Below, in pieces: positions 16,828 to 26,135 of a DNA stretch of 33,525 nt. Location of the stretch: positions 1-33,525 of the IMG/VR virus record IMGVR_UViG_2756170196_000002; one strand, written 5' to 3'. Below the pieces are notes generated by a model. The model made no database searches. It saw only the letters and a program-made list of their open reading frames with translations, and was not told the DNA's origin. The DNA is from a virus. Position 1 is the first letter of the stretch. Every line of letters starts with the position of its first letter. The position numbers were made by a program, and so were the translations under genes.

Positions 16828-19224
16828 ATGACGTATTCTCCACCAGCGAACGATAGTATTGACTTCGAGATCTCCCAGACGTCTTCGACGTCGACGGATA
16901 GTCTCAACTTCGACTTCACAGATTCTGTAACGAAGTCTGCGAGCGTCTCCTCGACGTCTGCATCTGCTGCCCCTCAGACTGCTACCGGATCAATCTCTGC
17001 GTCTGCAGCATCGACAGCTACGAGTGCTCAATCCTCTCTACTAACCACTACCGCTGGTGTTGGAGTGGGGGCCTCCTCGACAGCTACGAGCGCTCAGTCC
17101 GGAACACCAACAGCACAGGCTACTTCTGTTGCAGTTCCATCACTATCTTCCACTGGTAGTGCAACAACGTTTGACACCGTTTCTACCTCGAGTCAGACGG
17201 TGATCTCTCCGACTGCCACGTCGAGCTCATCTACCCCAATTAGTGCTGATGGTAGTATCGGACTCAATGCATCGGCTTCCACAACGGGTGCTATCGGATA
17301 CACCATCCAACCTGGAGTTGCACACGGGTTAGTTGCTAGTACCAGTGATCCGCAGGGCGTCTCTGACTTCGATACTCCGTCTGTTCTCTACGGTGGACAG
17401 CCTGTTGAGTCTGAGTACAGATTCGCGTTCGTCAGAAACGACGATATCCTCCTCAAGCTCGACGAAACAGGATCCGAGGTTTGGAGAACGAGTATAGATT
17501 ACACTCCATTCGATGCAGACGTAGACGTTGATGGGAATACCTACATTGTAGACTACAATGGAGATCTCATCTCCTACGACGCTGATGGAAACAAGCGTTG
17601 GGGCCCGACTAATACGTCTAATTCCTACTACAGAGTCAAGGTTAGCGAAAACGGAGGCGTCTACCACCTCGACAGTGATAATTACCTCCACAAAGTGAAT
17701 CCCGAGACTGGTGAGCTCGAATGGAGCGACGTCGAGATCCCCAAACGATACGCTGATACTGACGGTGTATTCCAACCCACTAATACTGGACGTGTTCTTA
17801 CTGCAACGTACAACGATACTCATGATTCGTGGTTCTACGGTGAGATCGATAGTGATGGGAATAAACAACTGGAGGTAGAGGTTACTGAAACTAGTATAGA
17901 GGAATTCATCGTTGAGGATGAGACGTACGTGACTGTCATTGGAGATCGTCACTGTAAGATCAACAGAGATACTGGTGAGGTGGCCAACGATCCCACTACC
18001 ATCCAGAATAGTGGTAACTATGCTACTGACGTAGATAGTAATCGAAATTACTACTACGTCACAAATGAGGAAGTTGTAAAATATAACATCGATAACGGGG
18101 AAGAGTGGAGAACGAGTCATCCATATCCACCATGGAGGATGGATGTTACTGACTACGGACGGCTCTACGTTGCGTATAGGAATGACTCGTCTAACTGGGT
18201 GATGCGAGCGTACGATACTGAGACTGGAGATGTCTTATTAGACGGACACGAAGCTAACTACAGGTACGCTCCTGCGATGTACCCCGATGCTGAATCGAAT
18301 CTTGGGGCATGGAGGACAACGTACTCTGCAAGTATTCAGACGAATAGAGTCAATGGTTCTGGATCTACAGCAAACCCCTCGAGTATGGGGATTGCATCTT
18401 CAGAGAGTACTACTACACCGTCGAGTGGAAGTCCGACTGCCACTGACGTCACCGCAGGGGCTTCCACAGGTAGTGAAGTGGTTGGAGGCTCCGGCACTCC
18501 ATACTCACCAGGCGCGTTCGTTCTCTCGAACGCTGAACCATCGTCTATCAGTGGGACGTCGTCGATCGATAGTCCGGACGCCTTCACTGGGATGGTGGCT
18601 ACTCCGTCGACTGTGAACGCTCAGACGGCGTTCATTGCGATTGAGGTTGCAGCTGACGAGGCAAGTGTGTATGCTGTCAATGCCTCTGGATCCCCCCTCC
18701 AACCAACTGTGACGTCTCAGGTGAATCCTGAGAGCGATCTCTCGACTGCGACGTCTGGTGTGATCGGAATCGATGGGTTCGCTTCGAGCTCGATCACAAC
18801 GTCGACGATCTCCTCGAGCGCAACCCCCGTAACTGTATCCGGACACCGCATTGTTGGGGGAGTGTCTGGGATCACTGATGCTATCGGATCTGTGATCACG
18901 TCTGACGCGACGAGCCTGGCCAGCCCTACTACTGAACCAACCATCGCGTCGTCAAAAACCACTTCACCTCCCGTGGCAACCTCCGCTGTTGTGGAGAGCA
19001 CTCCTTACAACAGTACGGGTGTCACAGTTACATCGGATGGAGAAGGGAAAGTAACGGCGTTCTCGGAGACACAGAAGGCCATCACATCGTTTGTTACTGC
19101 ACTCGAGTTCACTACCCCAATCCGAACACTCGGCTCCTCAGCGAACAATCTGACGCTCTCTGAAGGCAACGAGAGCACTATCAATTCGAGTCAGAACTCG
19201 ATGGATGTGGATAAGTCTCAGTAG
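16828..19224 (+). CDS. Ser/Thr-rich fibre-like protein with central beta-propeller (putative adhesin)
   Basis: N-terminal YSPP..IDF..NFDF; S/T/A-rich quasi-repeats flank a lower-GC propeller with blades D.DGN.Y....G....YD.DG..RW. Confidence 0.75.
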   Translation: MTYSPPANDSIDFEISQTSSTSTDSLNFDFTDSVTKSASVSSTSASAAPQTATGSISASAASTATSAQSSLLTTTAGVGVGASSTATSAQSGTPTAQATSVAVPSLSSTGSATTFDTVSTSSQTVISPTATSSSSTPISADGSIGLNASASTTGAIGYTIQPGVAHGLVASTSDPQGVSDFDTPSVLYGGQPVESEYRFAFVRNDDILLKLDETGSEVWRTSIDYTPFDADVDVDGNTYIVDYNGDLISYDADGNKRWGPTNTSNSYYRVKVSENGGVYHLDSDNYLHKVNPETGELEWSDVEIPKRYADTDGVFQPTNTGRVLTATYNDTHDSWFYGEIDSDGNKQLEVEVTETSIEEFIVEDETYVTVIGDRHCKINRDTGEVANDPTTIQNSGNYATDVDSNRNYYYVTNEEVVKYNIDNGEEWRTSHPYPPWRMDVTDYGRLYVAYRNDSSNWVMRAYDTETGDVLLDGHEANYRYAPAMYPDAESNLGAWRTTYSASIQTNRVNGSGSTANPSSMGIASSESTTTPSSGSPTATDVTAGASTGSEVVGGSGTPYSPGAFVLSNAEPSSISGTSSIDSPDAFTGMVATPSTVNAQTAFIAIEVAADEASVYAVNASGSPLQPTVTSQVNPESDLSTATSGVIGIDGFASSSITTSTISSSATPVTVSGHRIVGGVSGITDAIGSVITSDATSLASPTTEPTIASSKTTSPPVATSAVVESTPYNSTGVTVTSDGEGKVTAFSETQKAITSFVTALEFTTPIRTLGSSANNLTLSEGNESTINSSQNSMDVDKSQ

Positions 19225-19258
19225 ACTGATGCGCTGATAGTACGCTACTGAGGCTTGA

Positions 19259-19286
19259 TGTTACCTCGATATGGCAGAATTGTAAT
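19259..19286 (+). promoter_or_regulatory. Bipartite intergenic motif, copy 2
   Basis: TGTTACCTC-GATATGGC-AGAATTGTAAT. Confidence 0.6.
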
Positions 19287-19391
19287 GTAATTATAGCCCC
19301 TAAGGGTAGGTACGGAGCGTTTCTTCTCTACTGTCGCAGGCAAATCCTGTCGAGATCTCGATAGACACGAAACTACGTTTTCAATTCATTT

Positions 19392-19781
19392 ATGCCACAT
19401 CTACACAACGAAGGAGAGCTCCTCGTTCTCAACGGCGCGTTCGATGGACGTGAAGTTGAGGCAGGGCTCTATAACGATGCAACGGACGCCCTGTCCGATG
19501 GTAGTACGTACAGCGATATCACTACGGAGCCCTCCGGTTCTGCGTATGCTACGCAGAGCGTCACCGGGCCCTCGGTTTCCCAGAACGCTGACAACGACGC
19601 CCAGGTTGATCTCGGTGAACTCAGCTACGATGTGAGCGACTCGTCGCAGAACGTCGACGCTGTCTACGTTCGAGACGTTTCGAGCGGTGATCTGATCTGG
19701 ACGAGTGCTCTCGATCAGGAGTACGATCTCGGTTCGATCGATACCCTCGATCTCTCGAGCCCCGGAATGACGCTCGACTAA
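19392..19781 (+). CDS. Small virion structural protein (tail-fibre-associated beta-sandwich type)
   Basis: GLYND..D.L...TEPSGSAYATQ motif recalled from phage fibre-associated proteins; lies next to a BppU-like gene. Confidence 0.55.
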   Translation: MPHLHNEGELLVLNGAFDGREVEAGLYNDATDALSDGSTYSDITTEPSGSAYATQSVTGPSVSQNADNDAQVDLGELSYDVSDSSQNVDAVYVRDVSSGDLIWTSALDQEYDLGSIDTLDLSSPGMTLD

Positions 19782-19796
19782 TTCTGGTGAAATCTG

Positions 19797-20117
19797 ATGA
19801 GTGAGTTGTTCCACCTCAAGGCCGACGACACTGCCCCTGCACTAGAGGCGACTCTAACGGACGCAGCGGGCAACTCTGTCGATCTCACTGGAGCGGAGGT
19901 TTCGTTCCGACTCCTGAAGCCTCGAGGTGGAGAGACGGTTGTGGACTACGGAGCAAGTGTTCCTTCCCCCGAGGAAGGCCGTGTCCGCTACGTCTGGAGA
20001 GATGAAGATACTGGTGAATCGGGCCGGTATCGGGCCGAATTCGCTGTCGTATATCCAGATGATTCTGTCGAGACGTTCCCGAACGACGGGTTCCACGACG
20101 TCGTTATTACTGAATAA
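19797..20117 (+). CDS. BppU N-terminal-domain-like protein
   Basis: KADDT.P.L..TLTD..G..VDLTGA.V.F...G.V.Y.W...DT...G.Y.AEF.V.Y.D..VETFPN.G. Confidence 0.75.
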   Translation: MSELFHLKADDTAPALEATLTDAAGNSVDLTGAEVSFRLLKPRGGETVVDYGASVPSPEEGRVRYVWRDEDTGESGRYRAEFAVVYPDDSVETFPNDGFHDVVITE

Positions 20118-20123
20118 ATAGAT

Positions 20124-21266
20124 ATGACTACTGATACTACTGACACCGCCGAGACTGAGCATACCGTCCAGCCTGAGACTCCGACTGGAGTCGCACGGTG
20201 TGCTGAGCTCGACGGCCAGTCTGCGCCCTATACTGTCCACGGCGTCGCCATCGGGGCTGACGAGGTAACCTACGGACAGAATGGTGCTAAGTTCTGGCCC
20301 GCAGAGGAACTCCAGCGTTCTGTACAGTCGCTCGTCGGTGTCCCGCTTACGAAAAACCACGTTGACGATCGCGTCGAGAGCGTTATCGGTGAAGTCGTCG
20401 ACGCTGGCTTCGAGGAAGACGTCGGTGTCGTCTTCGAGGCCGAAGTCGACGACGAGGAGATCGCGACGCAGATTGCTCGAGGCCGACTCGAGGTGTCGAT
20501 CCACGCAGTCCACACGACTGCTGGTGAGACTGCAGACGGCGCACGGATTGTCGAGAACATCCGGTTCCTCGATCTCTCCGTCGTCCCCCGTGGTGGCTCG
20601 CCGAGCAACACTGTAGAGGCGGGATCCAGCCCGAGCGAGGCAATTGCGTCGCTCTCTGCCGACGATGTGGCTGGTATGCTAACTGAGGACACTATGACTG
20701 ACGAAACTGAGGAAACCACGGACGAAGTCGACACTTCGGCCGAGGAATCCGAACTCTCCGAGGAGCCCGAAGACGTTCAGGAGGAAGCAGAGGCCTCTCA
20801 GGCCGACGCAGAGCCCGAGGACGTCGAAGAGGAGGCTACCATCGAGAGTGAGGACGAACCGGCTGAGGAGACGGCTGAACTCCGTGAACGTATTGCTGAG
20901 CTTGAGGCCGAAAATGAGGAACTCGAAGCGGAACTCGAGAGCGTTCGGATGGAATACGCCGAGCGTCTCGCAGAGGACACTGAGTTCTTCGAGGCCTCCG
21001 AGCTGGCAGAGAAGTATCGCTTCGAGGAATTGAAGGAGAAGTTCGACGAGGCGGAGGCCTCCCTGGCCCCCGAGCCCACCGAACAGGAGGAGTCGGTTCC
21101 GGCTCCCCAGACTGGTGACGTCGAACAGTCCGAACTCTCCACTTCGACTGACGAGTCTGTCGAGGCGGAGATCAGCGAACTCGAGGAGAAGATCGAGCAG
21201 TACGATCGGATGGGCTTCGATGCTGCGAAGTCCGAAGCAGAGCAGCGCCTCGCTGAACTTCGGTGA
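20124..21266 (+). CDS. Prohead protease (HK97/DUF2213-like) fused to an acidic scaffold domain
   Basis: W.AEEL...L.GVPL..NH, EVSI, LSVV.RG motifs; the C-terminal half is a highly acidic coiled coil; directly upstream of MCP. Confidence 0.85.
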   Translation: MTTDTTDTAETEHTVQPETPTGVARCAELDGQSAPYTVHGVAIGADEVTYGQNGAKFWPAEELQRSVQSLVGVPLTKNHVDDRVESVIGEVVDAGFEEDVGVVFEAEVDDEEIATQIARGRLEVSIHAVHTTAGETADGARIVENIRFLDLSVVPRGGSPSNTVEAGSSPSEAIASLSADDVAGMLTEDTMTDETEETTDEVDTSAEESELSEEPEDVQEEAEASQADAEPEDVEEEATIESEDEPAEETAELRERIAELEAENEELEAELESVRMEYAERLAEDTEFFEASELAEKYRFEELKEKFDEAEASLAPEPTEQEESVPAPQTGDVEQSELSTSTDESVEAEISELEEKIEQYDRMGFDAAKSEAEQRLAELR

Positions 21267-21284
21267 GTTCGCGTTGAACTCACC
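21262..21284 (+). terminator. Hairpin over the protease stop codon (terminator or processing site)
   Basis: GGTGAGTTC-GCGTT-GAACTCACC, perfect 9-bp stem. Confidence 0.4.
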
Positions 21285-21403
21285 AATGCTAGGCAATTCT
21301 ATGTAGAATCGCCTAACTTCGCGAATAGTCTCGCGTTATAAATCACTGATTCTGCGAGCACCGGGCTCGCGTCGAAACTGACAACTTACTTAGGTTTACT
21401 ACT

Positions 21404-22240
21404 ATGGCAGTTACTGGAGACAACGTCATTGATCAGGAAGCGGTTCGAGCTGAAGTCGAAGAGTACGCGCAGGAGAACCTCGTTTTCCGCCGTGCCTTCC
21501 GTCAGATCGACAGTACCAACATCGACAACAACACCGTTGAGATCCCCGTTCTCGACAACGATTCGACGGCAGCCGGTGTCGTCGACGAGGGTACTGCGTA
21601 CCCCTCGGGTGCGGACTCCACTCGCAAGGTTTCCGTCAACCACGACAAGTACGGTGTCGAAGTCGAGCTCACCTACGAGGCGATTCAGGACTCGCTCCTG
21701 GACGTCATCGCGATGCATACCGAGGAGAAGGCGCAGGATCTCGCCACTGCGCTCGACGCTGCTGCGTACAGCGTCATCACGGCCGACTCGGATGGTGATG
21801 GTAACTTCGACAACCTCCAGAACACCGTTATCGGTGACGCTGGTGGCTCGCTCGGTTACGGGGAAGTCATCGACGCGATGACGGCCCTCGAGTCGAACGC
21901 GTACGAGCCCGATCTCCTTATCGTCTCGGCTGAGTCGAAGGGCGATCTGATGAAGAGCCCCGAGTTCACTCGTGCCTCTGAGATGGGTGACGAAGTCGTC
22001 CGTGACGGCGCCTTCGGTGAGGTTGCAGGTATCCCCGTCTACGTCTCGAACACTGGCGATCTCGGTGCCGGTGAGGCCGTTATGTTCGACTCCGATCGCT
22101 ACGGGATCGAGTCCCAGCGTGAGGAGATGACGTCGATGGAGTACGAGAAGGAGTCGGAGAACAAGCGTGTCATTCAGGTTCGCACCCGGAAGGGATGGAA
22201 GTGCATCCGTCCTGACGCTGGCGTCAAGATCGAAGGATAA
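21404..22240 (+). CDS. Major capsid protein (HK97 fold)
   Basis: E-loop region VDEGTAYP, KYG....LTYEAI.DS, 'GE..G.PVYVSN', position after the protease. Confidence 0.92.
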   Translation: MAVTGDNVIDQEAVRAEVEEYAQENLVFRRAFRQIDSTNIDNNTVEIPVLDNDSTAAGVVDEGTAYPSGADSTRKVSVNHDKYGVEVELTYEAIQDSLLDVIAMHTEEKAQDLATALDAAAYSVITADSDGDGNFDNLQNTVIGDAGGSLGYGEVIDAMTALESNAYEPDLLIVSAESKGDLMKSPEFTRASEMGDEVVRDGAFGEVAGIPVYVSNTGDLGAGEAVMFDSDRYGIESQREEMTSMEYEKESENKRVIQVRTRKGWKCIRPDAGVKIEG

Positions 22241-22279
22241 CGCCCCTACTTGGGGAGATTATCCCCATTCTAACCTACT

Positions 22280-22606
22280 ATGGCACGAATCAATCATCAC
22301 GATGTCACTGAGGTGCTCGAGACTGATCTCGATGAGGCCGAGCTCACTACGTTCATCGAGGACGCTCATCGAGTCGTCGAGGATCGGTGCTCCGATCACA
22401 CTGACGACGAAGGGGCTCTAGCCACGATCGAGACGTATCTCGCAGCACACCTCGCGACGTCCAAGGATCCACGAGTGACGTCGGTTACCCACGAGGGTGT
22501 TGATGCTGAGATCGGAACGAACTCCGATCGATATTGGCACCAAGCCCTCATCATCGATCCGACGAACCGTCTCGGCCGTCCAGGTGGATTCGCGATCACT
22601 ACATAG
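22280..22606 (+). CDS. Head-tail adaptor (probable)
   Basis: DVTEVLETDL...FIEDA...IETYLAAHL, helical; first gene after MCP. Confidence 0.7.
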   Translation: MARINHHDVTEVLETDLDEAELTTFIEDAHRVVEDRCSDHTDDEGALATIETYLAAHLATSKDPRVTSVTHEGVDAEIGTNSDRYWHQALIIDPTNRLGRPGGFAITT

Positions 22607-22622
22607 GGAACTCTCGATGCTG

Positions 22623-22844
22623 ATGAGTGAGCCGTCTGATGACGATTCTGAGCTACCGTCTACAGTAGATCAGTGCGACGACGACATGGACGTTGAACAG
22701 TATGCGTTCCCACCCGGCCTGATGCCCTCATCTGACTACGAATTCTCCCACATTCAGGGAGACGAGATGTACGCCGTCTATCAGGACGGAAAGAAGCTCG
22801 ATACTATACTGAAATCCGATACATACGAACCTATTTCCCGATAA
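22623..22844 (+). CDS. Small acidic hypothetical protein
   Basis: ATG at 22617 or 22623 in track frame 22497..22844; acidic; fills the gap in the operon. Confidence 0.55.
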   Translation: MSEPSDDDSELPSTVDQCDDDMDVEQYAFPPGLMPSSDYEFSHIQGDEMYAVYQDGKKLDTILKSDTYEPISR

Positions 22845-22846
22845 TA

Positions 22847-23170
22847 ATGGCTGGAATTACGTTCTCTGGACTGTCTGCCGTGCTCAATAGCCTCGATTAC
22901 GAGGGCTTTGGGACGGCTAAATACGCCGTCAAAGCAGACGTCGAGTACGCTGTTTACGTCGAATTCGGTACCTCCAGGAACGAAGCGCAGCCATATATGC
23001 GCCCTGCAGTCGCTGAGGCTGTTCGGAACATCGATCAGCACGTTGAAGGCGCTGATAGTGCCGATGAGATCGCTGAGTCGCTTGCTAACGCGATTGCTGA
23101 CTCTGCGAGGGATAGGGCCCCAGTCGACACAGGAGCGCTTCAGAATAGCATTACGGTGGAAGAAGCATGA
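22847..23170 (+). CDS. HK97 gp10-like tail completion protein with permuted motif order
   Basis: Contains YAVYVEFGT..AQPYMRPA and APVDTGALQNSI. Confidence 0.8.
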   Translation: MAGITFSGLSAVLNSLDYEGFGTAKYAVKADVEYAVYVEFGTSRNEAQPYMRPAVAEAVRNIDQHVEGADSADEIAESLANAIADSARDRAPVDTGALQNSITVEEA

Positions 23171-23556
23171 ATATTGGAGATCAGGTGAACTCGGCACTTC
23201 GTCGATCTCACAAACGACTCACTCACGAATTTACCGTCTACAACTTCACCTGGAATCCGGACGGTGGATCGAACGAATATGCAGACGGTGATTGGGACGA
23301 TCGAGACGGCTACCCCCGGGATGTAGAGGCGACGATCCGCCTTGACACCAACGAGGGTGAGTCCGGCCCCAGTGGGGCCGACGTCGCAGCCGATGTATTG
23401 ATCTACGTCGATCCAACTGATGTCGACGTTCTCCCTGGTACGGAAGACGAATCTCGAGCAACTGAGTTCGTCGACAGTCGGACTGGGGCCCGATACAAGA
23501 CAGTCGACGTCTATCACCAGGATTCACTGCTCGAAGTCTACTGTGAGGAACTCTAA
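23167..23556 (+). CDS. Head closure/stopper protein (probable)
   Basis: Position, size and beta-rich sequence; ATGA overlap with the upstream gene. Confidence 0.55.
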   Translation: MNIGDQVNSALRRSHKRLTHEFTVYNFTWNPDGGSNEYADGDWDDRDGYPRDVEATIRLDTNEGESGPSGADVAADVLIYVDPTDVDVLPGTEDESRATEFVDSRTGARYKTVDVYHQDSLLEVYCEEL

Positions 23557-23558
23557 CG

Positions 23559-24044
23559 ATGCCTGAGACGATCAACAATATCAAGCTAACTCTTCGAGAT
23601 CTCCTTCGATCCAACTGGAACAACGATAACGTCCCGGTTGCTCTCGACGACACCGACATCCATACTGGATGGTACGAGGACGGCAAGGGGTTCCCACAGG
23701 TTGGAATATATAGCAACAGCGAGGGCCCGTTTGGAGGAGGGCGTACTGGTTTCAGTGCGATCGCTGGTGATGGATCTGGGGCTATCCAGAGTCGCAGTGG
23801 TACAGTCTACGTGACTGCCTTCGCCGGCTCTCGAGACGACTACGACGAGGCCGGCCTCGAGGAGTACCAGGCCGAACAGATGGCCAAGGAGATCGAGCGC
23901 ATCATCGGCCGGAATCAGTCGCCTGGTGAACTCGAAACACTGGCCGTCAACTCCAGATCCGATCAAGTCGACACTGACGCGAATCCACCGGAGTACAACG
24001 CTCAGTTCGGGATTCTCTACACCTGGATGAAGACGCCACCGTAG
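23559..24044 (+). CDS. Tail terminator protein (probable)
   Basis: Position before the tail tube gene; ..P.V.I...E, V.V..FA pattern. Confidence 0.6.
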   Translation: MPETINNIKLTLRDLLRSNWNNDNVPVALDDTDIHTGWYEDGKGFPQVGIYSNSEGPFGGGRTGFSAIAGDGSGAIQSRSGTVYVTAFAGSRDDYDEAGLEEYQAEQMAKEIERIIGRNQSPGELETLAVNSRSDQVDTDANPPEYNAQFGILYTWMKTPP

Positions 24045-24110
24045 CCCCGTCACTCGAGTTGCATCGCGTTCTAACTGACTGCTTTCATTTCATACTACTT
24101 ATAACTTACA

Positions 24111-25310
24111 ATGTCGAACCAAGCTACTAACGCAGATAGTGCGTTTCGCAACCACCGTGTTGAGTTCGTCCGTGAGGATGAGCCCGGTGTTGCACCGGCT
24201 GATCCCGAGTGGGAACTCTTCTCGGACACGCTAGATACCGCTCTCGTCTGGGAAGCTGACGCCCAGTACGAAGCCCAGCGCGGGATCGGTGACTACGAAA
24301 TCCAGAACCACTTCTCCGGCGCAGAAGATCACACTGCGTCGATCGGATACCACCTCCAGCGCTTCTTCGTTGACGGTGACAACAACCCCGTTGATCCCGC
24401 TGGTGACGCGATCCTTCGCGATAGTGAGGGTGACGTCCAGAACACTCACACTATTGTCGATCGAGCCGACTACGGTGACACTCGAACCTACGTCGTCGTC
24501 CGTGGTGGCTATCCGAACATCGATGAGATTTCCGGTGATCCTGGCTCGGGCCTTCCGATCGTCCTCTCGCTCGCTTACGAGGCCAAGAAGGGCCGTATGT
24601 ACAAGGTTTCGCAGCCGTCCGGTGAAACCCTCTCGGTGAAGTCGACGAGCGCTGACGACACCACGCAGACGCTTACGATCGAATCTGACGGTGGTACCAC
24701 GACGGCCGAAGTCTCCCTCGACGGGACGACTGAGGTGACGACGACGGATCCGTTCGACTCGATCGATGCGTTCGAGCTCGACGAGAGTACTGCTGGTGAC
24801 GTAGTTATCGCTGACTCGGAAGGGAACGAGCTCACTCGACTCCGAGGGGAGAACACCTACGATGGTGCTGAGGGAGATCTCGGTATCCCTGCTCTCGGAT
24901 CCGGTTCCCACGCTGATCCGATCGGAGAGAGCTTCGAGCGTTTCCTCGACGACGAGATTACCAAGGGTGGCACCCAACTCGCTGCCGAGGTTCGCTCGGC
25001 CTCGTTCAACGTCTCGAACGGATACGAGAAGAGCGCTGTCATGGGGACTACTCAGCAGGCGATTCATACGGGCCCGCAGGAGATCGAGTTCACTGCAACC
25101 GTTGCTGGTGACTTCGAGCACCATGAGAACCTCGCGGATCACCTCGAGGGCAACGAGTTCGATCTCGTCTGGAAGTTCGATGGAGGGCAGATTACCTTCA
25201 CCGGATCCGCTCTGACTGGCGTTGGGAGTGTTGGCCCGGAGAGTGGGACTGTCATCTCGACGATTGACAACACGTTCACTCCAAAGTCGATCGAACTCTC
25301 GGCCAACTAA
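24111..25310 (+). CDS. Major tail tube protein
   Basis: 399 aa, canonical position; C-terminal tube-like strands (SASFNVSNG, EIEFTATV); internal Thr-rich beta insert. Confidence 0.8.
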   Translation: MSNQATNADSAFRNHRVEFVREDEPGVAPADPEWELFSDTLDTALVWEADAQYEAQRGIGDYEIQNHFSGAEDHTASIGYHLQRFFVDGDNNPVDPAGDAILRDSEGDVQNTHTIVDRADYGDTRTYVVVRGGYPNIDEISGDPGSGLPIVLSLAYEAKKGRMYKVSQPSGETLSVKSTSADDTTQTLTIESDGGTTTAEVSLDGTTEVTTTDPFDSIDAFELDESTAGDVVIADSEGNELTRLRGENTYDGAEGDLGIPALGSGSHADPIGESFERFLDDEITKGGTQLAAEVRSASFNVSNGYEKSAVMGTTQQAIHTGPQEIEFTATVAGDFEHHENLADHLEGNEFDLVWKFDGGQITFTGSALTGVGSVGPESGTVISTIDNTFTPKSIELSAN

Positions 25311-25415
25311 CCGAGCTGATCTTCCTTTTATCGTCGCGCTGCATCGTATTACCATTAATCTTGTGACAACTGCGGTGAGCCGTCCCCAGGCTCAATCCTA
25401 ACGAGACTGACTACA

Positions 25416-25865
25416 ATGACTGACGAAAACGAACTTTCGATTGCTGAGCCCGATGACTTCTTCGTTACTCGAGACGACGAGGACGAACTCCAGCCTGTAA
25501 CGCAGCCCCTCCCTGGTGTGGAGGAACACATCCGCGTCATTCCGATGACGATGGGTGATCTCAACAAGTACGGTGGCCAGGCTGGCCAGCTGAACCCTGG
25601 CGAACTTTCGCCTGAAGAGCTGGCGGAGATCCTCAACGAACACTGGTACGACGTTCGAGAGAAGGACGACTTCGAAGTGACGGCTGAGATGGTGGAGGAT
25701 GATATGATCGGCTTCGGACGAGATGCACTGATCACTGGTATTCTCCGAGCATCCGGGTACGATCTCCAGCAGGGCATCAACATGGAGAACCTCGAGATGC
25801 TCGAGCAGGTTGATGACATGGGAAAGTTAGAGAAGATGATGGAGCTGGCCGAGAAGCAGAGCTAA
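25416..25865 (+). CDS. Tail assembly chaperone (gpG-like)
   Basis: Between tail tube and tape measure genes; ends with slippery G GGA AAG at 25820-25826. Confidence 0.85.
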   Translation: MTDENELSIAEPDDFFVTRDDEDELQPVTQPLPGVEEHIRVIPMTMGDLNKYGGQAGQLNPGELSPEELAEILNEHWYDVREKDDFEVTAEMVEDDMIGFGRDALITGILRASGYDLQQGINMENLEMLEQVDDMGKLEKMMELAEKQS

Positions 25866-26116
25866 GAGACAAAGCACTCTGGGTGAAGCAGCTCCACGAT
25901 CAGGGGTACAGCTTCATCGGCGACGAATCTTTCTACAAACTTTCACTCCCCGAAACGAGGGTTCTCCTCGAGGGAGTCAACGCTCAGAACGAGGAAAAGG
26001 CCAAGAATTCCGGCCAAACCACTGGTTCTGGGCCCCACGAACGCACTCCTGGCCAGCCCCGAGAATCGGACAAAGAGTGGGTGAAGAATCTGAATAGTGA
26101 GCAAAACAACATCTGA
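25416..26116 (+). CDS. Tail assembly chaperone long form (gpGT-like, -1 frameshift at 25820-25826, about 233 aa)
   Basis: The -1 frame is open from 25820 (GKVREDDGAGREAELRDKALWVKQLHD...) into track ORF 25883..26116. Confidence 0.8.
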
Positions 26117-26135
26117 TATTTTTGTAACATAACTA

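Noticed and set aside
15674-19224. phiCh1-like invertible fibre cassette or DGR target
   Set aside because: Both genes are co-oriented, no shared inverted repeats or template/variable repeat pair were seen, and there is no invertase or reverse transcriptase in the window.
24231-25355. Long antisense ORFs (also 12744..13934, 3603..4409, 26583..27440, 29543..30349 and others)
   Set aside because: Shadow frames opposite clearly recognisable acidic genes, as expected in GC-rich codon-biased DNA.
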